IMG/VR virus record: IMGVR_UViG_3300043410_001242
From: a virus
Direction: 5' to 3' (one strand)
Length of the DNA stretch: 64,000 nt
Below, piece after piece: positions 39,142 through 45,231 of this stretch. The notes below the pieces were generated by a model that did no database searches, was not told where the DNA came from, and saw nothing but the letters and a program-made list of their open reading frames with translations. The stretch's first letter is position 1. Each line of letters starts with the position of its first letter. A program made the position numbers and the translations under genes.

Positions 39142-39170
39142 TTGACAAGGAAGACACTCTAGTGTATAAT
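39142..39170 (+). promoter_or_regulatory. Internal sigma70-type promoter in the tRNA array
   Basis: Perfect TTGACA-N17-TATAAT. Confidence 0.8.
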
Positions 39171-39197
39171 ATCTTCCATCAAGTGAGAGAAAGTTAT

Positions 39198-39274
39198 GGA
39201 CCTGTCGTCTACTTGGTTTAGGATACAAGATTTTCACTCTTGTGAACGGAGTTCGAATCTCCGCAGGTCTACCA
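39198..39274 (+). tRNA. tRNA-Glu(UUC)
   Basis: CAAGA-TTTTCAC-TCTTG, CCA. Confidence 0.9.
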
Positions 39275-39280
39275 AACAAT

Positions 39281-39366
39281 GCGTAAGCGCCGGAGTGGGA
39301 GAGCCGGGCCAGACTGTAAATCTGTTGTCTCTGACTGAATAGGTTCGAATCCTATATTACGCACCA
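39281..39366 (+). tRNA. tRNA-Tyr(GUA)
   Basis: CAGA-CTGTAAA-TCTG, long variable arm, CCA. Confidence 0.88.
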
Positions 39367-39371
39367 ATTTT

Positions 39372-39446
39372 GAGAGTGAAGCTTTAATGGTGAAGCATCT
39401 GGCTCTTAACCAGACGAAGAGGGATCGTTACCTTCCACTCTCACCA
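39372..39446 (+). tRNA. tRNA-Lys(CUU)
   Basis: TCTGG-CTCTTAA-CCAGA, CCA. Confidence 0.85.
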
Positions 39447-39449
39447 AAT

Positions 39450-39572
39450 GTGTTGCAACTAATGTCGGTGCTGTCGTTCTCCCGACTTAAAATAACCGTT
39501 AATACCAGAATGAATATCAACTAGGTTCGAAACTAGAAGAGACACGGACTGGAGTAGGTAACAACGACACCA
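39450..39572 (+). ncRNA. CCA-ending non-cloverleaf small RNA between two tRNA-Lys genes
   Basis: Ends ...AACGAC-ACCA followed by the usual AATTT spacer; T-loop-like CTAGG-TTCGAAA-CTAG; GTCGG/CCGAC hairpin. Confidence 0.5.
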
Positions 39573-39579
39573 ATTTTTT

Positions 39580-39653
39580 GGGGGTGTAATTCAATGGTAG
39601 AATAACTGGCTTTTAACCAGTCCACCGTGGTTCGATTCCACGTACCCCTACCA
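39580..39653 (+). tRNA. tRNA-Lys(UUU)
   Basis: ACTGG-CTTTTAA-CCAGT, CCA. Confidence 0.9.
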
Positions 39654-39658
39654 ATATT

Positions 39659-39732
39659 GCCCGATTAGTTCAAAGGTAGAACACGCAACTGATAATTGCG
39701 AAACGTTGGATCGATACCATCATTGGGCACCA
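39659..39732 (+). tRNA. tRNA-Ile(GAU)
   Basis: CGCAA-CTGATAA-TTGCG, CCA. Confidence 0.9.
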
Positions 39733-39737
39733 AATTT

Positions 39738-39831
39738 GTCTCTATAGTGTAACGGTAGCACTCCGGCTTTATACTCCGGCATGGCCCCAGATTAGGGCGT
39801 AGTGTAGGTTCGAATCCTACTAGAGACACCA
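39738..39831 (+). tRNA. Atypical tRNA-like RNA, anticodon probably UAU, with long extra arm
   Basis: 7-bp acceptor GTCTCTA/TAGAGAC+ACCA and canonical D and T arms; anticodon arm CCGG-CTTTATACT-CCGG; extra arm GCCC-CAGATTA-GGGC. Confidence 0.7.
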
Positions 39832-39836
39832 ATTGA

Positions 39837-39910
39837 AGAGGATTAGGCTAGTGGTAAACCTTGGGATTCATATTCCTATATCATCAGTTCGATTCTGATA
39901 TCCTCTACCA
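39837..39910 (+). tRNA. tRNA (CAU; Met or Ile2)
   Basis: Loop TT-CAT-AT, CCA. Confidence 0.78.
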
Positions 39911-39916
39911 AACAAT

Positions 39917-39992
39917 GGGTATGTAGTAATCTGGTGATTACGCTTGTCTGTCGAACAAGTTTAGGAGGGTTCGATCCCCTTCATACCCGCCA
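39917..39992 (+). tRNA. tRNA-Asp(GUC)
   Basis: CTTGT-CTGTCGA-ACAAG, GCCA. Confidence 0.88.
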
Positions 39993-39998
39993 ATTTAA

Positions 39999-40076
39999 TG
40001 TGCCTTAGCGATCACGGTGATTGCATCTCGCTGTTAACGAGAATGAAGCTCAGTTCGATTCTGAGAGGCACAGCCA
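39999..40076 (+). tRNA. tRNA-Asn(GUU), copy 1
   Basis: TCTCG-CTGTTAA-CGAGA, GCCA. Confidence 0.88.
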
Positions 40077-40082
40077 ATTTAT

Positions 40083-40158
40083 CTCTGTAAAGTGTTACTT
40101 GGCAGCATACTCCGTTTGGGGCGGAGTGGTGAAGGTTCAAATCCTTCTACGGAGACCA
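40083..40158 (+). tRNA. tRNA-Pro(UGG), copy 1
   Basis: CTCCG-TTTGGGG-CGGAG, CCA. Confidence 0.88.
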
Positions 40159-40163
40159 AATAT

Positions 40164-40238
40164 GGGGACAGTAATGGGTTACGGAGTTGCCTTGCAAGCT
40201 ACTTGTCTAGAAGGGTTCGATTCCCTCGGTCTCCACCA
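40164..40238 (+). tRNA. tRNA-Ala(UGC), atypical D arm
   Basis: G3:U70 pair, loop CT-TGC-AA, CCA. Confidence 0.78.
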
Positions 40239-40243
40239 ATTAT

Positions 40244-40320
40244 GATCTTATCGTCTAGAAGGTTAAGGACACTGGTCTCTCAAACCGGAAAATTGGGTTC
40301 GATCCCCAATAAGATCACCA
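40244..40320 (+). tRNA. tRNA-Glu(CUC)
   Basis: CTGGT-CTCTCAA-ACCGG, CCA. Confidence 0.88.
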
Positions 40321-40326
40321 AATGAT

Positions 40327-40403
40327 GCGGATATAGCCCAATTGGCAGAGGCGGTAGGTTCAAACCCTACTCAGTGTCAGTTCAAATCTGACTATCCGTA
40401 CCA
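40327..40403 (+). tRNA. tRNA-Leu(CAA), short variable region
   Basis: GTAGG-TTCAAAC-CCTAC, CCA. Confidence 0.85.
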
Positions 40404-40405
40404 AC

Positions 40406-40439
40406 TTGACATTTGTTGAACACTGTGTTATTATAAATA
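40406..40439 (+). promoter_or_regulatory. Overlapping sigma70-type (TTGACA-N17-TATTAT) and late (TATAAATA) promoters
   Basis: Upstream of the HNH gene. Confidence 0.6.
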
Positions 40440-40462
40440 TAATAAAAAGATGAGAGGGTTCA

Positions 40463-41044
40463 ATGAATAAAAAAGACGAAATAATTAGATTGTTAAATGA
40501 AGGTAAATCTGTTTCTGAAATAGTTTCTTTAGTAAAATGTTCTAAAGGTACTGTTTCATACTATAGAAAAGAGCTTGGTTTGATTTATGAAAATCCAAGA
40601 AAACCAATAGATTCATTTCATTGGAGTGTCATACAACAAAATTATGATGAAGGTTGTTTATCTGTTTCTCAAATTTGTAAAAAGTATGGAATTTCAAGAA
40701 ACAATTTATTAGAAGCTAAAGAAAAAGGTTTATTTAATATAATACCTCAATCATACAATGATGACGAAGTATTTGTGGAAAATTCTGATTATTCTAGACA
40801 TTCATTAAAGAAAAGAATAATTAAACAGAATTTAATGGAATATAAATGTCAATGTTGTGGTATTGGTAATATGTGGAATAATATTGAATTGTCGTTACAA
40901 TTAGACCACATAAATGGAATAAACAACGACAATAGAATAGAAAATTTAAGATTCTTATGTCCTAATTGTCATTCACAACAAGACACATATGCGGCAAAGA
41001 ATCGGAAAAATAACCCGAACAGAGTTGCAAAAAAGTATGGTTAA
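40463..41044 (+). CDS. HNH homing endonuclease with N-terminal HTH domains
   Basis: CQCC..W....LQLDHINGINNDNRIENLRFLCPNCHSQ; N-terminal HTH. Confidence 0.9.
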   Translation: MNKKDEIIRLLNEGKSVSEIVSLVKCSKGTVSYYRKELGLIYENPRKPIDSFHWSVIQQNYDEGCLSVSQICKKYGISRNNLLEAKEKGLFNIIPQSYNDDEVFVENSDYSRHSLKKRIIKQNLMEYKCQCCGIGNMWNNIELSLQLDHINGINNDNRIENLRFLCPNCHSQQDTYAAKNRKNNPNRVAKKYG

Positions 41045-41045
41045 T

Positions 41046-41119
41046 ATCTCGTTAGTGTAGCAGTAACACGCTAGTCTCCAAAACTAGAATCAGGGGCGCG
41101 AAACCTCTACGGGATGCCA
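41046..41119 (+). tRNA. tRNA-Trp(CCA)
   Basis: CTAGT-CTCCAAA-ACTAG, GCCA. Confidence 0.85.
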
Positions 41120-41141
41120 ATTTAAAAAAGGAAATAATATA

Positions 41142-41318
41142 ATGAAAGTAACTGAATCAGAAGATTGTACCGATTGGCCAGAACGATTGGAAAAGATTGT
41201 TGAAGATTTAAATAATAAGAATCCAGACCTAAACCTTATCAGTATGCAACCTATGACTGCTCCAACTGGAAAGATTTTTAAGTTACGATTGAGAGAAGCT
41301 AAGAATAATGAAATATAA
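41142..41318 (+). CDS. 58-aa protein containing a gp23 major-capsid motif (not in track)
   Basis: QPMTAPTGKIFKLRLR vs gp23 QPMTGPTGLIFAMRAR (11/16 identical); AGGA SD. Confidence 0.65.
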   Translation: MKVTESEDCTDWPERLEKIVEDLNNKNPDLNLISMQPMTAPTGKIFKLRLREAKNNEI

Positions 41319-41484
41319 AGCGATTGACATTGTGAATTGGTCTTGTTCCAAACAATCTGATAACAGATGGATACCAGCAAGACCTTTGCCTTATTATGGT
41401 TGGTGGGGCGTAAAGACCAGAATTAAATGTGCGTGGTTTGTTCTCATTGGAAAATATGACGCATTAGATTGGGAGGATCAATGA
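41308..41484 (+). CDS. 58-aa hypothetical protein (WxPARP motif)
   Basis: MKYKAIDIVNW...WIPARPL...RIKCAWFVLIGKYDALDWEDQ; overlap-coupled. Confidence 0.55.
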   Translation: MKYKAIDIVNWSCSKQSDNRWIPARPLPYYGWWGVKTRIKCAWFVLIGKYDALDWEDQ

Positions 41485-41612
41485 ATAAATTAAGTTTTTC
41501 GGAATGGAAAGAGTTGACTGATTTCAGTAAGGAACCACCAATGCACGAAGAAGATATTCTATTAGAATATGAAGAATATCTGAATAACTTAGAAAAAGTT
41601 GAGGAAGAATAG
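41481..41612 (+). CDS. 43-aa acidic hypothetical protein
   Basis: GGAGG SD and ATGA overlap. Confidence 0.5.
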   Translation: MNKLSFSEWKELTDFSKEPPMHEEDILLEYEEYLNNLEKVEEE

Positions 41613-41634
41613 ATTTTACTAAAAAGGTGTTAAC

Positions 41635-42108
41635 ATGATATTGAGGGAAATAAACTTAGATGAAGTAAGAGAATTCATTAATGCACAAAGTCCAGAAACC
41701 TGTGTCTATCTTGGTTCAGACTCAGAAAGACATAAGATTGATGGAAGATGGTATGCAGATTATACGACTTGTGTTATTGTGCATATTGATGGAGAACATG
41801 GTTGTAAAGTATTTGGTGAAGTTAAGAGAGAACTTGACTATGACCAGAAGAAGAACAAACCTTCCATGCGCCTAATGAATGAAGTCTATAATGTATCAGC
41901 GCTCTTCAGTGAACTAAAAGATGTTCTTGAAGATAGATATGTTGAAGTTCATCTTGACCTTAATCCAGATGTTCGTTATGGTTCTTCTTGTGTTATTCAA
42001 CAAGCAATAGGATACATAAGAGGAACTTGTAACCTAACACCAATGGTTAAACCAAACAGTTGGGCTGCATCTCATGCTGCTGACCGTTTGAAGGATTTGC
42101 TCCCATAG
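41635..42108 (+). CDS. RNase H-like (YkuK/DUF458-type) protein
   Basis: VYLGSDS, RLMNEV, EVHLDLN, KPNSWAASHAAD. Confidence 0.75.
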   Translation: MILREINLDEVREFINAQSPETCVYLGSDSERHKIDGRWYADYTTCVIVHIDGEHGCKVFGEVKRELDYDQKKNKPSMRLMNEVYNVSALFSELKDVLEDRYVEVHLDLNPDVRYGSSCVIQQAIGYIRGTCNLTPMVKPNSWAASHAADRLKDLLP

Positions 42109-42173
42109 TTTGAACGGTAAAACGATTCCTTGGTAAGGAATAAACGATGGTTCGACTCCATCTAGGAGCTCCA
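42099..42173 (+). tRNA. tRNA-Thr(GGU)
   Basis: ATTCC-TTGGTAA-GGAAT, CCA; overlaps the upstream CDS end by 10 nt. Confidence 0.85.
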
Positions 42174-42179
42174 ATTAAT

Positions 42180-42257
42180 GCCTCCGTACACCAATCTGGT
42201 AGAGTGAGCGGTCTTAGAAGCCGTAAAGTGTCAGTTCGAATCTGACCGGGGGTACCA
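42180..42257 (+). tRNA. tRNA-Leu(UAG), short variable region
   Basis: GCGGT-CTTAGAA-GCCGT, CCA. Confidence 0.85.
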
Positions 42258-42266
42258 AATTAATGG

Positions 42267-42295
42267 TTGACAAAGTGTGGAATGTTTGATATAAT
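42267..42295 (+). promoter_or_regulatory. Sigma70-type promoter
   Basis: TTGACA-N17-TATAAT with TG extension. Confidence 0.8.
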
Positions 42296-42314
42296 GTTGC
42301 ACACAATGAATGAA

Positions 42315-42398
42315 GCGGGTGTGGTGAAATGGTAGACGCAAGGGACTTAAAATCCCTCGGAGAAATCCGTGTCGGTTCGAGTCCGACCACCCGTACCA
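42315..42398 (+). tRNA. tRNA-Leu(UAA)
   Basis: AGGGA-CTTAAAA-TCCCT, long variable arm, CCA. Confidence 0.92.
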
Positions 42399-42402
42399 AA
42401 TC

Positions 42403-42478
42403 GGGCCTCTAGCATAACGGTTAATGCAGCAAACTCATAATTTGTTGACTCTCGGTTCGAATCCGAGGGGGCCCACCA
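42403..42478 (+). tRNA. tRNA (CAU; Ile2 or Met)
   Basis: GCAAA-CTCATAA-TTTGT, CCA. Confidence 0.85.
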
Positions 42479-42498
42479 ATTAAAAAAAAGGAGATAGT

Positions 42499-42678
42499 AT
42501 GAACTGTATTTTGAATTCTTTGATGATTATTATTGTTTTTGCTTTTTTTGCGGTGGCAGGAATTTTTGGATTAGAAATGTATGAACAACACAAAGCAGTA
42601 GAAGCTGGATTACAGCAATGTGTTGTTGCAATTAATTCAAACACATACGAAGCAGTATGGCAGAAAGAATGTAAGTAA
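42499..42678 (+). CDS. 59-aa protein with N-terminal transmembrane segment (not in track)
   Basis: AGGAG SD; MNCILNSLMIIIVFAFFAVAGIFGL... Confidence 0.6.
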   Translation: MNCILNSLMIIIVFAFFAVAGIFGLEMYEQHKAVEAGLQQCVVAINSNTYEAVWQKECK

Positions 42679-42688
42679 CAGTTTTTTT

Positions 42689-42782
42689 GGACGGTTGTGT
42701 CCTGCCACTACTCGCAGCGACATGATCGGTAGGACTGCCATCCTGCGAAAAGTCAATCTGGCAGGATTGATGAATGTATCCA
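42689..42782 (+). ncRNA. Structured CCA-ending small RNA candidate
   Basis: GTCCTGCC/GGTAGGAC and ATCCTGC/GCAGGAT stems; ends TCCA followed by an AATTT spacer. Confidence 0.45.
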
Positions 42783-42794
42783 AATTTTTTTCAT

Positions 42795-42870
42795 GCCGCC
42801 ATAGTCTAATGGAGAGGGCAACGCTCTTCTAAAGCGTAAGGTAGGGGTTCGAATCCTCTTGGCGGCGCCA
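42795..42870 (+). tRNA. tRNA-Arg(UCU)
   Basis: ACGCT-CTTCTAA-AGCGT, CCA. Confidence 0.9.
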
Positions 42871-42879
42871 AATTAATGG

Positions 42880-42908
42880 TTGCCAAAATGGCATATATAA
42901 AGTATAAT
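42880..42908 (+). promoter_or_regulatory. Sigma70-type promoter
   Basis: TTGCCA-N17-TATAAT. Confidence 0.65.
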
Positions 42909-42919
42909 GTATGAACAAT

Positions 42920-42993
42920 TTCGGGATCGTCTAATGGTAGGACATGTGACTTTGACTCACAGAATCGAGGTTCGAGCCCTTGTCCCGAAACCA
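42920..42993 (+). tRNA. tRNA-Gln(UUG)
   Basis: TGTGA-CTTTGAC-TCACA, U1:A72, CCA. Confidence 0.9.
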
Positions 42994-43001
42994 GTTTAAA
43001 T

Positions 43002-43075
43002 GCGGGTATAGTTTAAAGGTAAAACAGAACCTTGCCAAGGTTCAGTTGATAGTTCAATTCTATCTACCCGCTCCA
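43002..43075 (+). tRNA. tRNA-Gly(GCC)
   Basis: GAACC-TTGCCAA-GGTTC, UCCA. Confidence 0.9.
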
Positions 43076-43083
43076 ATTTAAAT

Positions 43084-43159
43084 GCGGATATAACTCAATT
43101 GGTAGAGTGTCAGCCTTCCAAGCTGTACGTTGCAGGTTCGAGTCCTGTTATCCGCTCCA
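43084..43159 (+). tRNA. tRNA-Gly(UCC)
   Basis: CAGC-CTTCCAA-GCTG, UCCA. Confidence 0.92.
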
Positions 43160-43180
43160 ATTTAAGGTAAGGAGTATATT

Positions 43181-43342
43181 ATGTCTGGTAGTGTAGTAAA
43201 GCGATGCGGTTGTAAAGGCACACCTTCACACAGTTCTGATTATCAGGACCAAAAGTATGGTGATGGTATGAGAGTGATGTGCATGGATCAGAAGAAGGTT
43301 GAAGCAGTTTGTACTATTTGTGGAAAAACTCATAAGGTGTAA
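43181..43342 (+). CDS. 53-aa putative zinc-binding protein (not in track)
   Basis: AGGAG SD; CGC...H...YQD..YG.GMRV...CTICG. Confidence 0.6.
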   Translation: MSGSVVKRCGCKGTPSHSSDYQDQKYGDGMRVMCMDQKKVEAVCTICGKTHKV

Positions 43343-43344
43343 TT

Positions 43345-43554
43345 ATGAAAGGTATCAAACATAAACATCCAATGCAAACTCGTCATGGTAGAACTCGTTA
43401 TAAGGCATATTCACATATTGAATTGATGCTGATGTATAAGAAAGAGTCTACTCCCAAAAAGAAACATAAAATCATTGAAGAAATTAATAGAAAACTAAAG
43501 AATCTTGGTGTTGTGTTTCGAGTTAGTAAATCAAATCCAGAATTAAATATATAA
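43345..43554 (+). CDS. Small basic hypothetical protein
   Basis: 69-aa ORF in track. Confidence 0.5.
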   Translation: MKGIKHKHPMQTRHGRTRYKAYSHIELMLMYKKESTPKKKHKIIEEINRKLKNLGVVFRVSKSNPELNI

Positions 43555-43563
43555 AGATTAACT

Positions 43564-43638
43564 GCCCCTCAAGCATAAGTGGCGATGCACTTGACTTGTA
43601 ATCATGAGAAATCGGTTCGATTCCGGTGAGGGGCTCCA
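43564..43638 (+). tRNA. tRNA-Thr(UGU)
   Basis: Loop CT-TGT-AA, CCA. Confidence 0.88.
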
Positions 43639-43694
43639 AATGCAGACTGATAGGAAAGACTATCATCTTTTTGTTAACAATTAAAGGAGAAACT

Positions 43695-44051
43695 ATGACT
43701 TTTATTAAATCATTTATTGCGGCAATTGCTTTGTTCGGCACTTTCAGTGTGGCTAATGCTACTGTATCACCTGCCGGTGGTAACATCGTTACTGTTGGTT
43801 GTGCTGCTGATGCGCCTACCGGAGCAAATGTATATTCTGTAAATGCTGCAATTCTTAACGGTAGTGTAACTGATTCTTTGACTCTACCAACTGGAGTAGC
43901 CGCAGGGAATGCATGTGGAGTCGCACTAAATGCTCTTAGTGCAGTAACTTGTGCAACCGGTAAGACTTGGGTTCTTGTGAATGAACCAACAAATATTACC
44001 ATTGACAATACTGGTTACTCACTACAACAGTTTGTATTCCGTTGTCAGTAA
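43695..44051 (+). CDS. Secreted/periplasmic hypothetical protein
   Basis: AAGGAG SD; signal peptide MTFIKSFIAAIALFGTFSVANA; four Cys. Confidence 0.7.
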   Translation: MTFIKSFIAAIALFGTFSVANATVSPAGGNIVTVGCAADAPTGANVYSVNAAILNGSVTDSLTLPTGVAAGNACGVALNALSAVTCATGKTWVLVNEPTNITIDNTGYSLQQFVFRCQ

Positions 44052-44100
44052 TATAAACTAAATGTGATATAAAATCCTCCTTGATATCGAGTATAATATA

Positions 44101-44195
44101 TCACGAAACATCGAAAACCAGAAGTGATGTAAAATAAAACACTGGCGTGAACTAGAGCGGTTATAACGATATGATAACGCTGGATTTCGTAACCA
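44101..44195 (+). ncRNA. CCA-ending small RNA candidate
   Basis: ACGAAA/TTTCGT closing stem plus AACCA; two internal hairpins; TATAAT just upstream. Confidence 0.45.
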
Positions 44196-44203
44196 GTAAC
44201 TTT

Positions 44204-44281
44204 CCGAGTGTAGTTCAGTTTGGTTAGAATACGTGCTTTGGGAGCATGGGGTCGGGGGTTCGAATCCCTCCACTCGGACCA
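44204..44281 (+). tRNA. tRNA-Pro(UGG), copy 2
   Basis: CGTGC-TTTGGGA-GCATG, CCA. Confidence 0.92.
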
Positions 44282-44287
44282 ATTTCT

Positions 44288-44363
44288 TGGTAGGTGCGTG
44301 ATAGGTAATACGGGTTGACTGTTAATCAATTTCATGTGGGTTCGAATCCCACCCTACCAGCCA
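44288..44363 (+). tRNA. tRNA-Asn(GUU), copy 2
   Basis: GTTGA-CTGTTAA-TCAAT, GCCA. Confidence 0.85.
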
Positions 44364-44380
44364 ATTTAAGTGAGATATAT

Positions 44381-44629
44381 ATGAGTTATAGACCAACAGG
44401 TAAAAATGTACTGATTGAGAGAATTGCTGCTTCTAAGCAAACTGAATCAGGAATCATTCTAAAATCATCAGAAGAACCTGATCGTGCAAAAGTTATTGCA
44501 ATTGGTCCAGAAGTTGATGAAGTTAGTATTGATGAGATTGCTGTAGTTAATTGGAATACTGCAACAAAGATTGAAGATGAATTATATATTATAAATATTG
44601 ATAACGTTGTTTTGGTTATCGAAGACTAG
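44381..44629 (+). CDS. groES: GroES-like co-chaperonin
   Basis: RPTGKNVLIE...KQTESGIIL...AKVIAIGPEV. Confidence 0.85.
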   Translation: MSYRPTGKNVLIERIAASKQTESGIILKSSEEPDRAKVIAIGPEVDEVSIDEIAVVNWNTATKIEDELYIINIDNVVLVIED

Positions 44630-44634
44630 TTAAT

Positions 44635-44710
44635 TGCGGGTTAGATTTCTGGTGAAATCACCGGTCTCATAAGCCGGTCCAGAGTAGTTCGATTCTGCTA
44701 CCCGCTACCA
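44635..44710 (+). tRNA. tRNA-Met(CAU), probable initiator
   Basis: U1:U72 mismatch, TGCGGG start, CCGGT-CTCATAA-GCCGG, CCA. Confidence 0.82.
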
Positions 44711-44814
44711 ATTAACGTCCGGACATGCCTCTCATAGAAGCACACACAGTCATCTGGAATTGACCAGTGAACACCAAAGACGTTTGGTACTACGGAATTT
44801 TTATTATAAACACG

Positions 44815-44846
44815 GCCCACCCATGTTCGCATCGGGTGGGTTTTTT
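44815..44846 (+). terminator. Intrinsic terminator closing the tRNA region
   Basis: GCCCACCCATG-TTCG-CATCGGGTGGG-TTTTTT. Confidence 0.85.
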
Positions 44847-44860
44847 ATGCCTAATTACTC

Positions 44861-44889
44861 TTGACAGATTTAATACTTTGTGATATAAT
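44861..44889 (+). promoter_or_regulatory. Sigma70-type promoter for the gp43 operon
   Basis: TTGACA-N17-TATAAT with TG extension. Confidence 0.8.
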
Positions 44890-44919
44890 TGTTTTGTTTA
44901 ACTGCGGAGGAAAATAGTA

Positions 44920-45231
44920 ATGGAAATTATTGCAATTAAGTTAGTCACCGGTGAAGAAGTTCTTGGTGAAGTTGTAGACACAGACCGTAATGGATACTGG
45001 AGGTTGAGAAACCCTGTAGGAATCTCGATTGTTCGTGGTCCTGATGGTGCACCTAATGTAGGATTCTCTCCCTTCCCACTACATGCAGAACAAAAGTCTG
45101 GATTTGAAATTGACATTGCATACAGCAATGTAGTATACTCCTATACTCCAGCTGAAGATTTCAGGTCAAATTATGATCAAATCTTCGGTACAGGTATTGT
45201 TGTTCCCAATAAAAAGATTATCACCGGTTAA
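44920..45231 (+). CDS. Conserved T4-like hypothetical protein
   Basis: IKLVTGEEVLG...Y.QIFG.GIVVP. Confidence 0.7.
   Translation: MEIIAIKLVTGEEVLGEVVDTDRNGYWRLRNPVGISIVRGPDGAPNVGFSPFPLHAEQKSGFEIDIAYSNVVYSYTPAEDFRSNYDQIFGTGIVVPNKKIITG

Noticed and set aside
39738-39831. Ochre suppressor tRNA (CT-TTA reading) implying genetic-code reassignment
   Set aside because: The symmetric loop is centred on TAT. Genes end normally in TAA, TGA or TAG, and core genes are full length under the standard code.
38521-44335. Track ORFs overlapping tRNA genes (e.g. 38521-38775, 39018-39221, 40021-40245, 40092-40325, 42214-42399, 44058-44282)
   Set aside because: They are explained by the underlying tRNA sequences and lack SD or protein-like features.
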